DNA of 64,000 nt, from the NCBI GenBank assembly GCA_050633305.1, contig JBOEGF010000010.1, positions 480,001-544,000 on the forward strand, written 5' to 3'. The position numbers and the translations under genes are program-made. A model generated the notes under the pieces. The model saw only the letters and a list, made by a program, of their open reading frames with translations, did no database searches and was not told the DNA's origin. Each line of letters opens with the position of its first letter. Positions within the stretch are counted from its first letter, which is position 1. The stretch comes from Nannocystales bacterium (GTDB lineage: Bacteria; Myxococcota_A; Polyangia; Nannocystales; Nannocystaceae). Of the stretch, positions 27,816 to 36,434 are shown piece by piece.

Positions 27816-29774
27816 ATGAGTCGCGAGCCCATGCGCGGACTTGTTCTCTTGGGAGCACTGGTCGCTGGGATGAGTTGTGCGCTCGAAGGGCCTCGCGCAT
27901 CCACGGACACGTTCGGTCCGAAGGCGAAGATCTCGCCGATGCTCACGCCTGCCACGAAGGCCGCATGGACGTCGTTCGTCGACCGACGCTGTCGTCCCTC
28001 GAAAAGGAGCGCTGAGCAGAAGGGGTTGCAGGTCGACTGCGAGCCCGCGACAGTGGACGCGCAGATGGAGTCTTGTGTTGGCGCGCAGACTTGTATCGTC
28101 GCGGCTCGTCGAGCCAATGCTTGCGCCCGTCGTGGCGAGGGACCGATGATGGCTGGTGAGCGGCTCGACGTGTTCCTCAGTGGCGTGGTCGGCCTGGACT
28201 GCGACGGGATGCTCGACGCCTTGATGCGCAGCCCGTCTGGGCACGCTCCTTGGTGGGCGGGGGTCTCGATCTCCGAAGACGGGCTCGCGTGCCTGGCACG
28301 AAGCAAGCATCCAGACGCTCGACGCTTGCTGATCGTGGGCCGGGGTACGGGGCGTAGGGAGCAGTTGCTCGAAGACGTCGAGGGCACGGTCGCCTGGATG
28401 AGGCGGTGGCTGCTTCGGATGGAGACTTCTCCAAGCGGGGCGTTAGAGGCATGGGACTTTTGGTCGTTGTTCGACGCACTTCCGGATGCTCGACAGAACG
28501 AGCTGTTGCCGTCGCTTCGTCGGGTCGCATCAACCGAGTTTGTGGACCGTTGGGAGCAACGTGGCTGGCGGCATGAGGCGCTGGAGCGTCTCGGACGACT
28601 TGGCGACGCTGAGTCGGTCCCCATCATGCGTTCTGCGCTTGGCGAGTCGAGGAACGTGTGGTTGCAGGTTGCAGGTGCGACCGCGCTCGGGGAGATGGGG
28701 CCCGCGGCGAGGGCTGCGTCCGAAGACCTCGAGCGCGTGGCGAGCGAACACTGGTCTCTGGAGGCTCGGGCGGTTGCCGGACGGGCCGCGAAGCAGGTCT
28801 TGGGGGGGATGCCTCCGGAACTCGAGCCTCGAAGTTTCATTCCACCGAGTGATCCCGGGTCCCCCGAGATCTACGTCCCCATGCTCGGTGGCTCGGGGAG
28901 CGGCAGGTATCGTCGCTACGAGCCCGCCTCGGTTGTTGTGGACGGCGAGCGGATCGAGTTTGAACCCCAGCGCCGCCCCGTAGGGGCTCTGCCCGCCGAA
29001 CTCGCATCATTCGATCTCGCGGCGGCGGTTCCGGACGCACCCGGGATTCGCTCGTGGCGCAAGAGGCTGACCGCCATCGAGCGAGTCGGGCGGGGCTGGG
29101 TGCTGGGAACCGACATGGGAGAGTTTGGCGGGGGTGCGTGGTTTGTGACGCGCGACGGGCGGGCCCGGACGCTTTTGTCGAGGAACATCGTGGGTACCGT
29201 CGAGTTTGCGGGAGTTCGCTACCTTCTCGAAGGACTCGGGCACATGGGGAGTGAGGGGGCGATCCTGAAGATGCAGGAAACCGCTGGTGGCGTGGAACTT
29301 CGCCGGATGGTCGAACTTCCGGCCGCGCCCTATGACGTCGCCATTGTGGGCGACCATCTGCTTCACGCGACGCGGGCCGGGGTTGCCGTTGTCTCGACAT
29401 CATTCGAGATCGAGCTTCTTCCCTACGCGACTCGCCGACGTCCGCCGTCCGAGCTCCCGTCCGGGTACGGAGCGGAGGTTCTAGCCGCGGTGGAGGGGGA
29501 CGAGGTTGAAGTGCAGCGCTGCCTCGCTCCGCTGGACGGAATCACGGACCGCTGTTCGGCGCGAACCATCCCAGCCGGAGTCAGCCTCTGGTTCGACGTC
29601 AACGCAGCAGGGACAGTCACCGCGGTCGTTCCGTTCGAGGGCCGCGACGAGGCGTACCGTCGCCCGCCCACGCCCGAGGTCGCCGCTTGCATTGAAGCCG
29701 TCGCCACCTCGTGGACGCTCCCCGCCCTGGACTCTGGCTGGACCACGTTTGGGCTCACGCTCGAGCCGGACTGA
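27816..29774 (+). CDS. Lipoprotein with HEAT-like repeats and a C-terminal TonB-C/AgmX-like domain
   Basis: Lipobox-like GMSC; ALERLGRLG / ALGEMGPAA HEAT motifs; GTDMGEFGGG; C-terminal VAACIEAVATSWTLP. Confidence 0.6.
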   Translation: MSREPMRGLVLLGALVAGMSCALEGPRASTDTFGPKAKISPMLTPATKAAWTSFVDRRCRPSKRSAEQKGLQVDCEPATVDAQMESCVGAQTCIVAARRANACARRGEGPMMAGERLDVFLSGVVGLDCDGMLDALMRSPSGHAPWWAGVSISEDGLACLARSKHPDARRLLIVGRGTGRREQLLEDVEGTVAWMRRWLLRMETSPSGALEAWDFWSLFDALPDARQNELLPSLRRVASTEFVDRWEQRGWRHEALERLGRLGDAESVPIMRSALGESRNVWLQVAGATALGEMGPAARAASEDLERVASEHWSLEARAVAGRAAKQVLGGMPPELEPRSFIPPSDPGSPEIYVPMLGGSGSGRYRRYEPASVVVDGERIEFEPQRRPVGALPAELASFDLAAAVPDAPGIRSWRKRLTAIERVGRGWVLGTDMGEFGGGAWFVTRDGRARTLLSRNIVGTVEFAGVRYLLEGLGHMGSEGAILKMQETAGGVELRRMVELPAAPYDVAIVGDHLLHATRAGVAVVSTSFEIELLPYATRRRPPSELPSGYGAEVLAAVEGDEVEVQRCLAPLDGITDRCSARTIPAGVSLWFDVNAAGTVTAVVPFEGRDEAYRRPPTPEVAACIEAVATSWTLPALDSGWTTFGLTLEPD

Positions 29775-29792
29775 GCTGCTACGCTGCGCCGC

Positions 29793-30746
29793 ATGCTCCT
29801 GCGTCGACGCTGGATTCAAGGTGCCGCGGCGGCGACGGCGGCTCTGGCGTGCGGCGTCCGTTCGCAGCCGACCTTGGCCGCGGGCGAGAGCGTGCTCGAA
29901 GAGGCCGAGTCCGCCTACAACCACATCGTCGTGACCGAGCGCGGGACGGTGCGCACGATGTACTTCGTCGTCGACGGCACGTACTACATCGAGTCTCGGC
30001 TCGACCGGGGGTACGCAGAGAGCCTCGACCTCGACTACACGCGCACGATGATGGCGGGCTTCTTGGTGAAGCCCGATGTGAAGCGGTTCTTGATGATCGG
30101 GTTTGGCGGTGGCCAGATCTCGAACTACTTGTTCAAGCGCTTCGAGGGGATCGAGATCGATGCGGTCGACATCGACCCCGAGGTGATTCGGTTGGCTCGG
30201 AAGTACTTCGAGGTTCCCGAGAGTCCGCGCTATCGAACCCACGCCGCGGACGGTCGGCTGTTCGTCGAGCAAGCGAAGGGGCAAACCTGGGACTTGGTCT
30301 TGCTGGATGCGTTCCGGGGCGTGTTTGTGCCGATGCACCTCAAGACGGCGGAGTACTACACGGCGCTTCGAGAGCATCTGACTCCCGACGGCGTGGTGGC
30401 GGCCAACTTGCACTCGCGCACCGACAAGTACCCCAGCGATCGCAACACGTTCGCGTCGGTGTTCCAGCAGCAGTACGCCTTCCGCAGTGAGAACCAACGA
30501 CAGACTTGTTTCGTCGCGGGGCCAGGGCAGGACCCCGTCTCTGTGTATGCGCTGCGTCGTCGGGCTCGCGAGCTGCAGCCGAAGTTCGACTTCGACATGT
30601 TGGGGCTGGCTGCGCGCCTACACCTCTCGCGAGACTGGAACCCCACCGCCCCCGTGCTGCACGACGACTTCGAGCAGAGCGAGGCCGGCGCGCAGCGGCA
30701 CAACAAACGATGTGAGGGCGACGACTGCCCGTACAGCACGCAGTAG
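29793..30746 (+). CDS. Spermidine-synthase-like SAM-dependent transferase with twin-arginine leader
   Basis: RRRW..ALAC leader, ESAYNHIVV, IGFGGG, VDIDPEV, DGRLFV, LLDAF. Confidence 0.8.
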   Translation: MLLRRRWIQGAAAATAALACGVRSQPTLAAGESVLEEAESAYNHIVVTERGTVRTMYFVVDGTYYIESRLDRGYAESLDLDYTRTMMAGFLVKPDVKRFLMIGFGGGQISNYLFKRFEGIEIDAVDIDPEVIRLARKYFEVPESPRYRTHAADGRLFVEQAKGQTWDLVLLDAFRGVFVPMHLKTAEYYTALREHLTPDGVVAANLHSRTDKYPSDRNTFASVFQQQYAFRSENQRQTCFVAGPGQDPVSVYALRRRARELQPKFDFDMLGLAARLHLSRDWNPTAPVLHDDFEQSEAGAQRHNKRCEGDDCPYSTQ

Positions 30747-30830
30747 GACGATCCTCGCGGGGGCGCAACGGCCGCCCATGAGCGCGACGCGACATGGGGG
30801 CCTGGGAAAAGCGCTGCTACTATCCCGACC

Positions 30831-32687
30831 ATGCTTGGCTTGCACAGAGGCGCGACTGCGCTCGCGTTGCTTTCGGTTGTCGCGATCCCCTCCACTGCGG
30901 TCGCGGCACCGACCAACCCTGGCGAGCTGATCAACGATCTGGCGCCCGCGACGGACTGCAACTACTGCCACGCCTTCAGCAACCAAGACAACCTGTTCAC
31001 CGAGACGCCCTACGCTCCGCAGACCACGTGGACACCCACGCTGATGGCGAACGCGGCACGCGATCCGGTCTTCTGGGCGGGTGTAGCCATCGCGGCGCAA
31101 GACGACGCTGAGCACACCATCGACTGCATCCGCTGCCACTCACCCAACGCGTTCCTCAACGGTCGCGGCGGAGCCACGGCGATCGAGCAACTCGAGCCCG
31201 ACGATGGCGATCTCGAGGGAGTGACGTGCGAGTTTTGCCACCGCATGACTGAAGGCAGCCTTCTGGGCAACGCTCAGTATGAACTCGACGACGTTCTTCA
31301 GGGAGAGACGGTCGCGCGGCGGGGGCCGTGGGACTACACCGATGGCGTACCGCAGCCGGTCCCCGGCGAGGAGGGGCACGTCACCGCGTTCGATCCGTTC
31401 ACCGGAAGCTCGGAGATGTGTGGCACCTGCCACGAGGTCACGACCCATCGCGAGCGTGTCGACGCTCGTGGAAACGGGATGGGTTCGGACTTCAACGAGC
31501 AACGCACGTACTCCGAGTGGGCCCGGTCCGACTTCGCAGCGGCCGGGGACGGGTTCCGCTCGTGCCAGGACTGCCACATGCCCGAGGTTCCAGACTCGGC
31601 AGCGTGCGGTCCCTACAACAACGTGCACGAACATCCGCTGGGCAACCGGCGCCACGATTTGATGGGCGCCAATCGATTCATGCTCACGATGCTCGCCGAG
31701 GATGCACTGCCGGGCTTCGAGGCCGCCACATACGAACTCGCGCTCGACAAGATCGACGAGTTTGTCCGGACCTCCGCGTCGATGGAGGTCACCCCGCCAG
31801 AGTCCGTCGAGCTTGGCGCGGGCTTGCAAGACTTCGTCGTCCGGGTCACCAACGAGACGGGGCACAAGCTCCCCTCGGGGTACTCCGAAGGTCGCGTGAT
31901 GTGGATCGAGGTCGTGGCCAGCTACAACGACGAGGTCGTGATCAGCTCGGGTCGGTGGGATCAGTCGACAGGCAGCATCCAAGAGGACCCGACCGTGCGC
32001 CGCTACGAAGGGATCGCCGAGGACCTCGAGTCGGGGACTCGCAATCACTTGCTGCTCAACAACCACTGGGTGGTCGACAACCGCATCCCTCCACGTGGAC
32101 TTCAACCGCATCCCGAGACGGACCCCGTCAGCGACCGCTACGGCATGACGCCGGGCGGTCAGTGGGAGCACTGGGACGAGGTCACCTACGCCCTGCCCGG
32201 CGCGCCCGAGGTCGAAGATGCCACGCCGGGTGACACCGGGGACGATGAGCTGAGCGTCTCGGTTCGGCTGTTGTACTTGATCAACACGCGCGAGTATGTG
32301 GAACTCCTCGCCGATGACAACGAGACCACCGAGGTGGGCACCGAGCTGGTCGGGCGTTTCGAAGCGATGGGGTGGGCGACACCGGTCGTGCTCGCCGAAG
32401 AGGTCCTCACCGTGCCGATCTCCGGCTTTGGCGAGGTCGAGGGAGGCACCAGCACGGGCGCGGGCGCGGATGACACGACGGCGGGTATGGACCCCACCAA
32501 CGACTCCGAGCCCACGAACCCGACCGAACCGACCGACTCTGACGCCAGCGGTGGGGCGACCGATACCGAGCCCGCCGGCGGTGGGGGTGGGGGCGGCGGA
32601 TGCCGAGTCGCAGGTGACTCGGCTCCGTGGGCACTCTCTCTGCTCTTGCTCGGCCTCGTCCGTCGACGTCGCCGCAGGGCTGCATAG
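30831..32687 (+). CDS. Pentaheme c-type cytochrome with MYXO-CTERM sorting signal
   Basis: CxxCH five times (CNYCH, CIRCH, CEFCH, CGTCH, CQDCH), GHKLPSG, C-terminal GGGC..hydrophobic..RRRRRR. Confidence 0.88.
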   Translation: MLGLHRGATALALLSVVAIPSTAVAAPTNPGELINDLAPATDCNYCHAFSNQDNLFTETPYAPQTTWTPTLMANAARDPVFWAGVAIAAQDDAEHTIDCIRCHSPNAFLNGRGGATAIEQLEPDDGDLEGVTCEFCHRMTEGSLLGNAQYELDDVLQGETVARRGPWDYTDGVPQPVPGEEGHVTAFDPFTGSSEMCGTCHEVTTHRERVDARGNGMGSDFNEQRTYSEWARSDFAAAGDGFRSCQDCHMPEVPDSAACGPYNNVHEHPLGNRRHDLMGANRFMLTMLAEDALPGFEAATYELALDKIDEFVRTSASMEVTPPESVELGAGLQDFVVRVTNETGHKLPSGYSEGRVMWIEVVASYNDEVVISSGRWDQSTGSIQEDPTVRRYEGIAEDLESGTRNHLLLNNHWVVDNRIPPRGLQPHPETDPVSDRYGMTPGGQWEHWDEVTYALPGAPEVEDATPGDTGDDELSVSVRLLYLINTREYVELLADDNETTEVGTELVGRFEAMGWATPVVLAEEVLTVPISGFGEVEGGTSTGAGADDTTAGMDPTNDSEPTNPTEPTDSDASGGATDTEPAGGGGGGGGCRVAGDSAPWALSLLLLGLVRRRRRRAA

Positions 32688-32808
32688 AGGTGGCCGCCGC
32701 TTTGCTCTGAAGAGGCCCGGCGTCCGTCGGTGGGACGGCTGATCCGCACACTCGGGGGGTGGTGACGCCTCGTGCGACAGGCCGCGTTCTCATGAGAACC
32801 TTTCGTCG

Positions 32809-33378
32809 ATGGTTGCCATCCAACTGGAGACGCTCAAGACCGAGATTTGGGGTTGGCTCGGCTCGGCTGCGGATGACCGAGACGATCCGTTTCGGACGCC
32901 CGCGGTCGCGACAGCTGGCTTGGACGGTACGCCGCAGGCGCGCATCGTGGTTTTGCGCGAGGTCGAGGCGGCGGAATGGAGCCTCGACTTCTATACCGAC
33001 ATCCGCTCGCCGAAGTGCGAGGAGCTGATGAAGTCTCAGGCCGCGACGTGGCTGTTCTACGATGCGACGCGGCAGATTCAGATTCGCGCGCTGAGTACAG
33101 CGTCCATGCACACCTCAGACGCGGTCGCAGACCGGGCGTGGGCCTGGAGCGCCCTCGCGAGTCGTGCCATCTACGCGTCCGCGAGCTCGCCGGGGGCGGC
33201 CATCGACGCGCCGATGCCCAGTGTGTTCCTGCATGACGATACCGAGGCCGAGCATGGCCGACGGAACTTTTGTGTCGTGCGCTGCCGGGTCCACGAGTTC
33301 GATGTCCTGCAGCTTCACCCAGGGCGTCACCGCCGAGCCTGTGTCCGACCCGATGGTGCGCAGTGGTGGATGCCCTGA
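32809..33378 (+). CDS. Pyridoxamine 5'-phosphate oxidase-like FMN-binding protein
   Basis: PQARIVVLRE, FYTDIRSPK, QIQIR, LQLHPGRHRR, W.MP end. Confidence 0.85.
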   Translation: MVAIQLETLKTEIWGWLGSAADDRDDPFRTPAVATAGLDGTPQARIVVLREVEAAEWSLDFYTDIRSPKCEELMKSQAATWLFYDATRQIQIRALSTASMHTSDAVADRAWAWSALASRAIYASASSPGAAIDAPMPSVFLHDDTEAEHGRRNFCVVRCRVHEFDVLQLHPGRHRRACVRPDGAQWWMP

Positions 33379-33404
33379 CGAAGCCCACGCGGCTCGTGCT
33401 CTCG

Positions 33405-33529
33405 ACAAAAATCGCGGCCGGACCCGGAGGTCCGACCGCGCTCGACAAGGAAGGACACGCGCGACCAGATCACACGCACGTGCTGGGAGTGGAGGTCCTC
33501 TCAACGAGGGGACACAACCGCTTCACATC
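33405..33529 (-). ncRNA. Candidate small RNA
   Basis: Lies between an ECF-like promoter (33536-33560) and an intrinsic terminator (33406-33440); no start codon with an RBS inside. Confidence 0.35.
33406..33440 (-). terminator. Intrinsic terminator
   Basis: Minus strand CGCGGTCGGACC-TCCG-GGTCCGGCCGCG followed by ATTTTT. Confidence 0.75.
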
Positions 33530-33535
33530 AAGGAA

Positions 33536-33560
33536 GACGTTCTCGATGGGCACAGGTTGC
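33536..33560 (-). promoter_or_regulatory. Putative ECF-sigma promoter
   Basis: Minus strand GCAAC-N16-CGTC. Confidence 0.4.
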
Positions 33561-33593
33561 ACGCCCTTCCGAAGATTGTCCGTTCTCCTTCGC

Positions 33594-34256
33594 TCAGGGG
33601 TGAGCGGAAACCGGAATCGGGTTGCGGCACTTTGGGCATCGTGAGGCCTCGTTGCGAGCCCACGTACCGCAGTGTGGACAGGCCCGTCGGTGACGGGAGC
33701 GCTCGAGCCTTCGGGCGATGAGGACTCCTGCGACGGTGATGACGGTGCCAAGGAGGACGACGCCCAGGGCGAGGACCGGCGCCACGAAGACCGCGACGAT
33801 CAACCCGAGCACACCGCCGGCCTCGAGCCACGCGACCCAGGTTCGTGGACCGACTCCACTGTGGCCTTCGGGCAGGTAGGAGAGGATCCGGACGCGCACA
33901 AGATGGACCGCGATTGCGATCGCGGCGCCGAGGATCCAGGTCACAACGTCGGGGAGGAACCCGTCTGCGAGGCTTTCCACGCCCCAGGCGCTTGCGGCAC
34001 CGGCCGCACCGCGGACGCCGATGTTGCCCATCGTGACGAGTTCCTGCAGTTCTGGGTCGCGGTCGACGAGCTCATCGAGGACAACCACGGCCACGAGCAC
34101 CGCGAGTCCCACGTTGGTGGTCAGGAACGAGAGACCATCGGGAACGGTCCCCCCGCCAATGCGAGCGACGACAATAACCGCCAGCAAGGTCAGCGTGGCG
34201 CGCGTTCCGGATGCGGCCGCGATGCCCAGGAGTTGCCCAAGCAGTGCCAGCGTCAT
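33594..34256 (-). CDS. DUF4126-like membrane protein with C-terminal zinc ribbon
   Basis: ATG 34256 (LGIAAASGTRATLTL), multiple TMs, CPHCG...CPKC. Confidence 0.7.
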   Translation of the reverse strand: MTLALLGQLLGIAAASGTRATLTLLAVIVVARIGGGTVPDGLSFLTTNVGLAVLVAVVVLDELVDRDPELQELVTMGNIGVRGAAGAASAWGVESLADGFLPDVVTWILGAAIAIAVHLVRVRILSYLPEGHSGVGPRTWVAWLEAGGVLGLIVAVFVAPVLALGVVLLGTVITVAGVLIARRLERSRHRRACPHCGTWARNEASRCPKCRNPIPVSAHP

Positions 34257-34945
34257 GGGAGGACTCCGAAGAACTCTTGGATGACGGCGAGCATGGACAA
34301 CACTGTGTAGGTCGCCGCGAATGCGGTGCCGAGCAGCACAAAGACCATCGCAACGAGCAGGCCGATCTCCGCCGCCTCGACAGGCTTCCCGGCGGCTTCC
34401 CTTTCCACTTGGGAGGCGACGTATCGCGTGACGAGCATCGCGGCGAGGCCGACTTCTGCAGCCCCCAGCAACGCCTTGATCGGGAGTCCCAGCGGCCCGA
34501 GGAACGTCACGAGCTGGGAGACGATCAGAATTGCTGCCAACAGCGCGCCGACGAGCACCCGAGCGGTGCCTCTGGTGACCAGCCTGCGGCCCGGCGACAT
34601 CATCGCGACAGCCGGCCGGAGGATCGCCAGTCGGATCCATAGGGCGATCCCCAGGGCGACCACGAAGTCGGCCAGCGGGACCCATCCGACGAGCAGCTCT
34701 GCGAGCCCGGCGAGGACCGCGACAACCCACGTTGTGCGGCGAGCTCGGCCTTCGAAGCGGAGCGCGGCGTCGGTCGTGCCGTAGGTTCGCGGATCTGCCC
34801 CGCAGCGTTCGCAGAGGCCCCTCCCGAACAAGGCTCGAGCGGTCAGCACCTCGGCACACTCCGGGCAGCGTCCATCTCGAAGGAGCGCGGCGTGGTGCGA
34901 CAGCGGCAAGGCCCGAGAGTATAGGGCCGCGATCGAGGCGGGCAA
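34253..34945 (-). CDS. Hypothetical membrane protein with N-terminal zinc ribbon
   Basis: CPEC...CERC followed by ~5 TMs; ATGA-coupled to the next gene. Confidence 0.65.
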   Translation of the reverse strand: MPASIAALYSRALPLSHHAALLRDGRCPECAEVLTARALFGRGLCERCGADPRTYGTTDAALRFEGRARRTTWVVAVLAGLAELLVGWVPLADFVVALGIALWIRLAILRPAVAMMSPGRRLVTRGTARVLVGALLAAILIVSQLVTFLGPLGLPIKALLGAAEVGLAAMLVTRYVASQVEREAAGKPVEAAEIGLLVAMVFVLLGTAFAATYTVLSMLAVIQEFFGVLP

Positions 34946-34991
34946 TGTCGAACGGTTGGAATACTGAGTGCGCTAGGGTTGTCAGGAAGCC

Positions 34992-36428
34992 GTGTCGGAG
35001 TCGAAGCGAACCATCGGATGGGTGCTGGTGGCCGGGATGGCCAAGCTTGGCTTCGCATTGTTGGCTGTCGTCACGCCGCTGCTCGGCGTGTGGATCGGGT
35101 CTTCGCTTGCGCGGATGTTCGATGGCCCGGTGTGGCTGCCGATCGTCGTCGGCGCGTTGTGCTTTCCGGTGCTCCCCGTGTTGTGGGATGCGGTGGGCCG
35201 TTGGCGTCGCCGCAACAGCACTCGCCCACCGATCCTGACTCTCTTTGATCGACTGCTCCTGCGGACGCTGTCGATCAACGTGGTGTTCGTCGGTGCCCTC
35301 CTCGCGCTCTACCCCGCGACCGTGTTCACAGCGTTGTCCGAGCGGGGCGACTGGATGCTGGAAGGAAGGGATTCGCCCTGGGCGGAACAGGCTCGAGGCG
35401 TCTTGCACTCGACCGCCGACCACATGCAGTGGCTTCACGAGCTGACGCACCCCAACGAGTACGAAGAACTCATCGACCCGTCCTCCACGGGGGAGCACAC
35501 CGAGATCGACGCGGACAGTTGGGGCGAGTTCTCATGGCAGCCGTCCAAGGGCGGCGTGTCCAAGCCCGAAGACGTCTACCGCGACGACGCGTGGCCGTTC
35601 GAACCCGAGCTTCATCCGCTTGTGCTCGAGATCCCCAAAGATGCGCAGACCACCCCGCAGAAGGTTGGGGCGTTCTTTGCGGAGCGGGAACCTGACCCAC
35701 TGCAGCGGCTCAAGGCCGTGCACGACTATGTTGCGAACCGGACCGCTTATGACGTGCCTGCGCTTCGCACCATGCAGTTCCCGCCTCAGGATGCGCAGAC
35801 CGTACTCGATGCAAAGATCGCCGTCTGCGCTGGGTACGCTCAGCTCGTCAAGGCGATCGGGGACGCTGCGGACCTCGAAGTGGTCGTGGTCGTCGGGAAA
35901 ACGCGCTCGGGCTCGGGACTCGGTCACGCCTGGAACGCAGCCAAGGTCGAGGGCAAGTGGTACCTGCTCGATGCAACGTGGGATGCGGGCTCGGTGGGTG
36001 GGGACACGTTCACCAGGTCCTTCGGCACCCGCTACCTCATGACGCCGCCTGCGGTCTTTCTCGCCGACCACTTCCCCGACGATGAAAAGTGGCAGTTCGT
36101 GGAGGAGCCGCTGTCGATGGGAGACTTCCTCCGGCAGCCCAACCTCGAACCCAGCTTCTTCGCCTATGGGTTTAGGTTGCTCTCGCCGCGCCGCCCGGCG
36201 GTGACCGTGGACGGTGGCTCTGTCACGGTCGCGCTCGACAACCCCAACGACTTCGATGTGTCCGCGGTGTCCTACGTGGGGGAAACGTGGGACGGCGAGT
36301 CGTCCCGCTGCGAAGTCCAGCGCGACGATGTCGTACTCTGTCCGCTCGCCGCCGCGGGCCCCAACCTCGTCGTGCTGTACGGACCGGACCGCAAGAACAT
36401 GGCCCAGATCCTGGTGACCCGGAAGTAG
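34992..36428 (+). CDS. Membrane-anchored transglutaminase-like protein
   Basis: N-terminal TMs; triad AVCAGYA / GHAWNA / LLDATW; HFPDD. Confidence 0.88.
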   Translation: MSESKRTIGWVLVAGMAKLGFALLAVVTPLLGVWIGSSLARMFDGPVWLPIVVGALCFPVLPVLWDAVGRWRRRNSTRPPILTLFDRLLLRTLSINVVFVGALLALYPATVFTALSERGDWMLEGRDSPWAEQARGVLHSTADHMQWLHELTHPNEYEELIDPSSTGEHTEIDADSWGEFSWQPSKGGVSKPEDVYRDDAWPFEPELHPLVLEIPKDAQTTPQKVGAFFAEREPDPLQRLKAVHDYVANRTAYDVPALRTMQFPPQDAQTVLDAKIAVCAGYAQLVKAIGDAADLEVVVVVGKTRSGSGLGHAWNAAKVEGKWYLLDATWDAGSVGGDTFTRSFGTRYLMTPPAVFLADHFPDDEKWQFVEEPLSMGDFLRQPNLEPSFFAYGFRLLSPRRPAVTVDGGSVTVALDNPNDFDVSAVSYVGETWDGESSRCEVQRDDVVLCPLAAAGPNLVVLYGPDRKNMAQILVTRK

Positions 36429-36434
36429 GGCCCT

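Noticed and set aside
33594..35498. 634-aa ORF as a single gene
   Set aside because: Only the last 220 aa (from ATG 34256) look like protein; the rest overlaps other genes.
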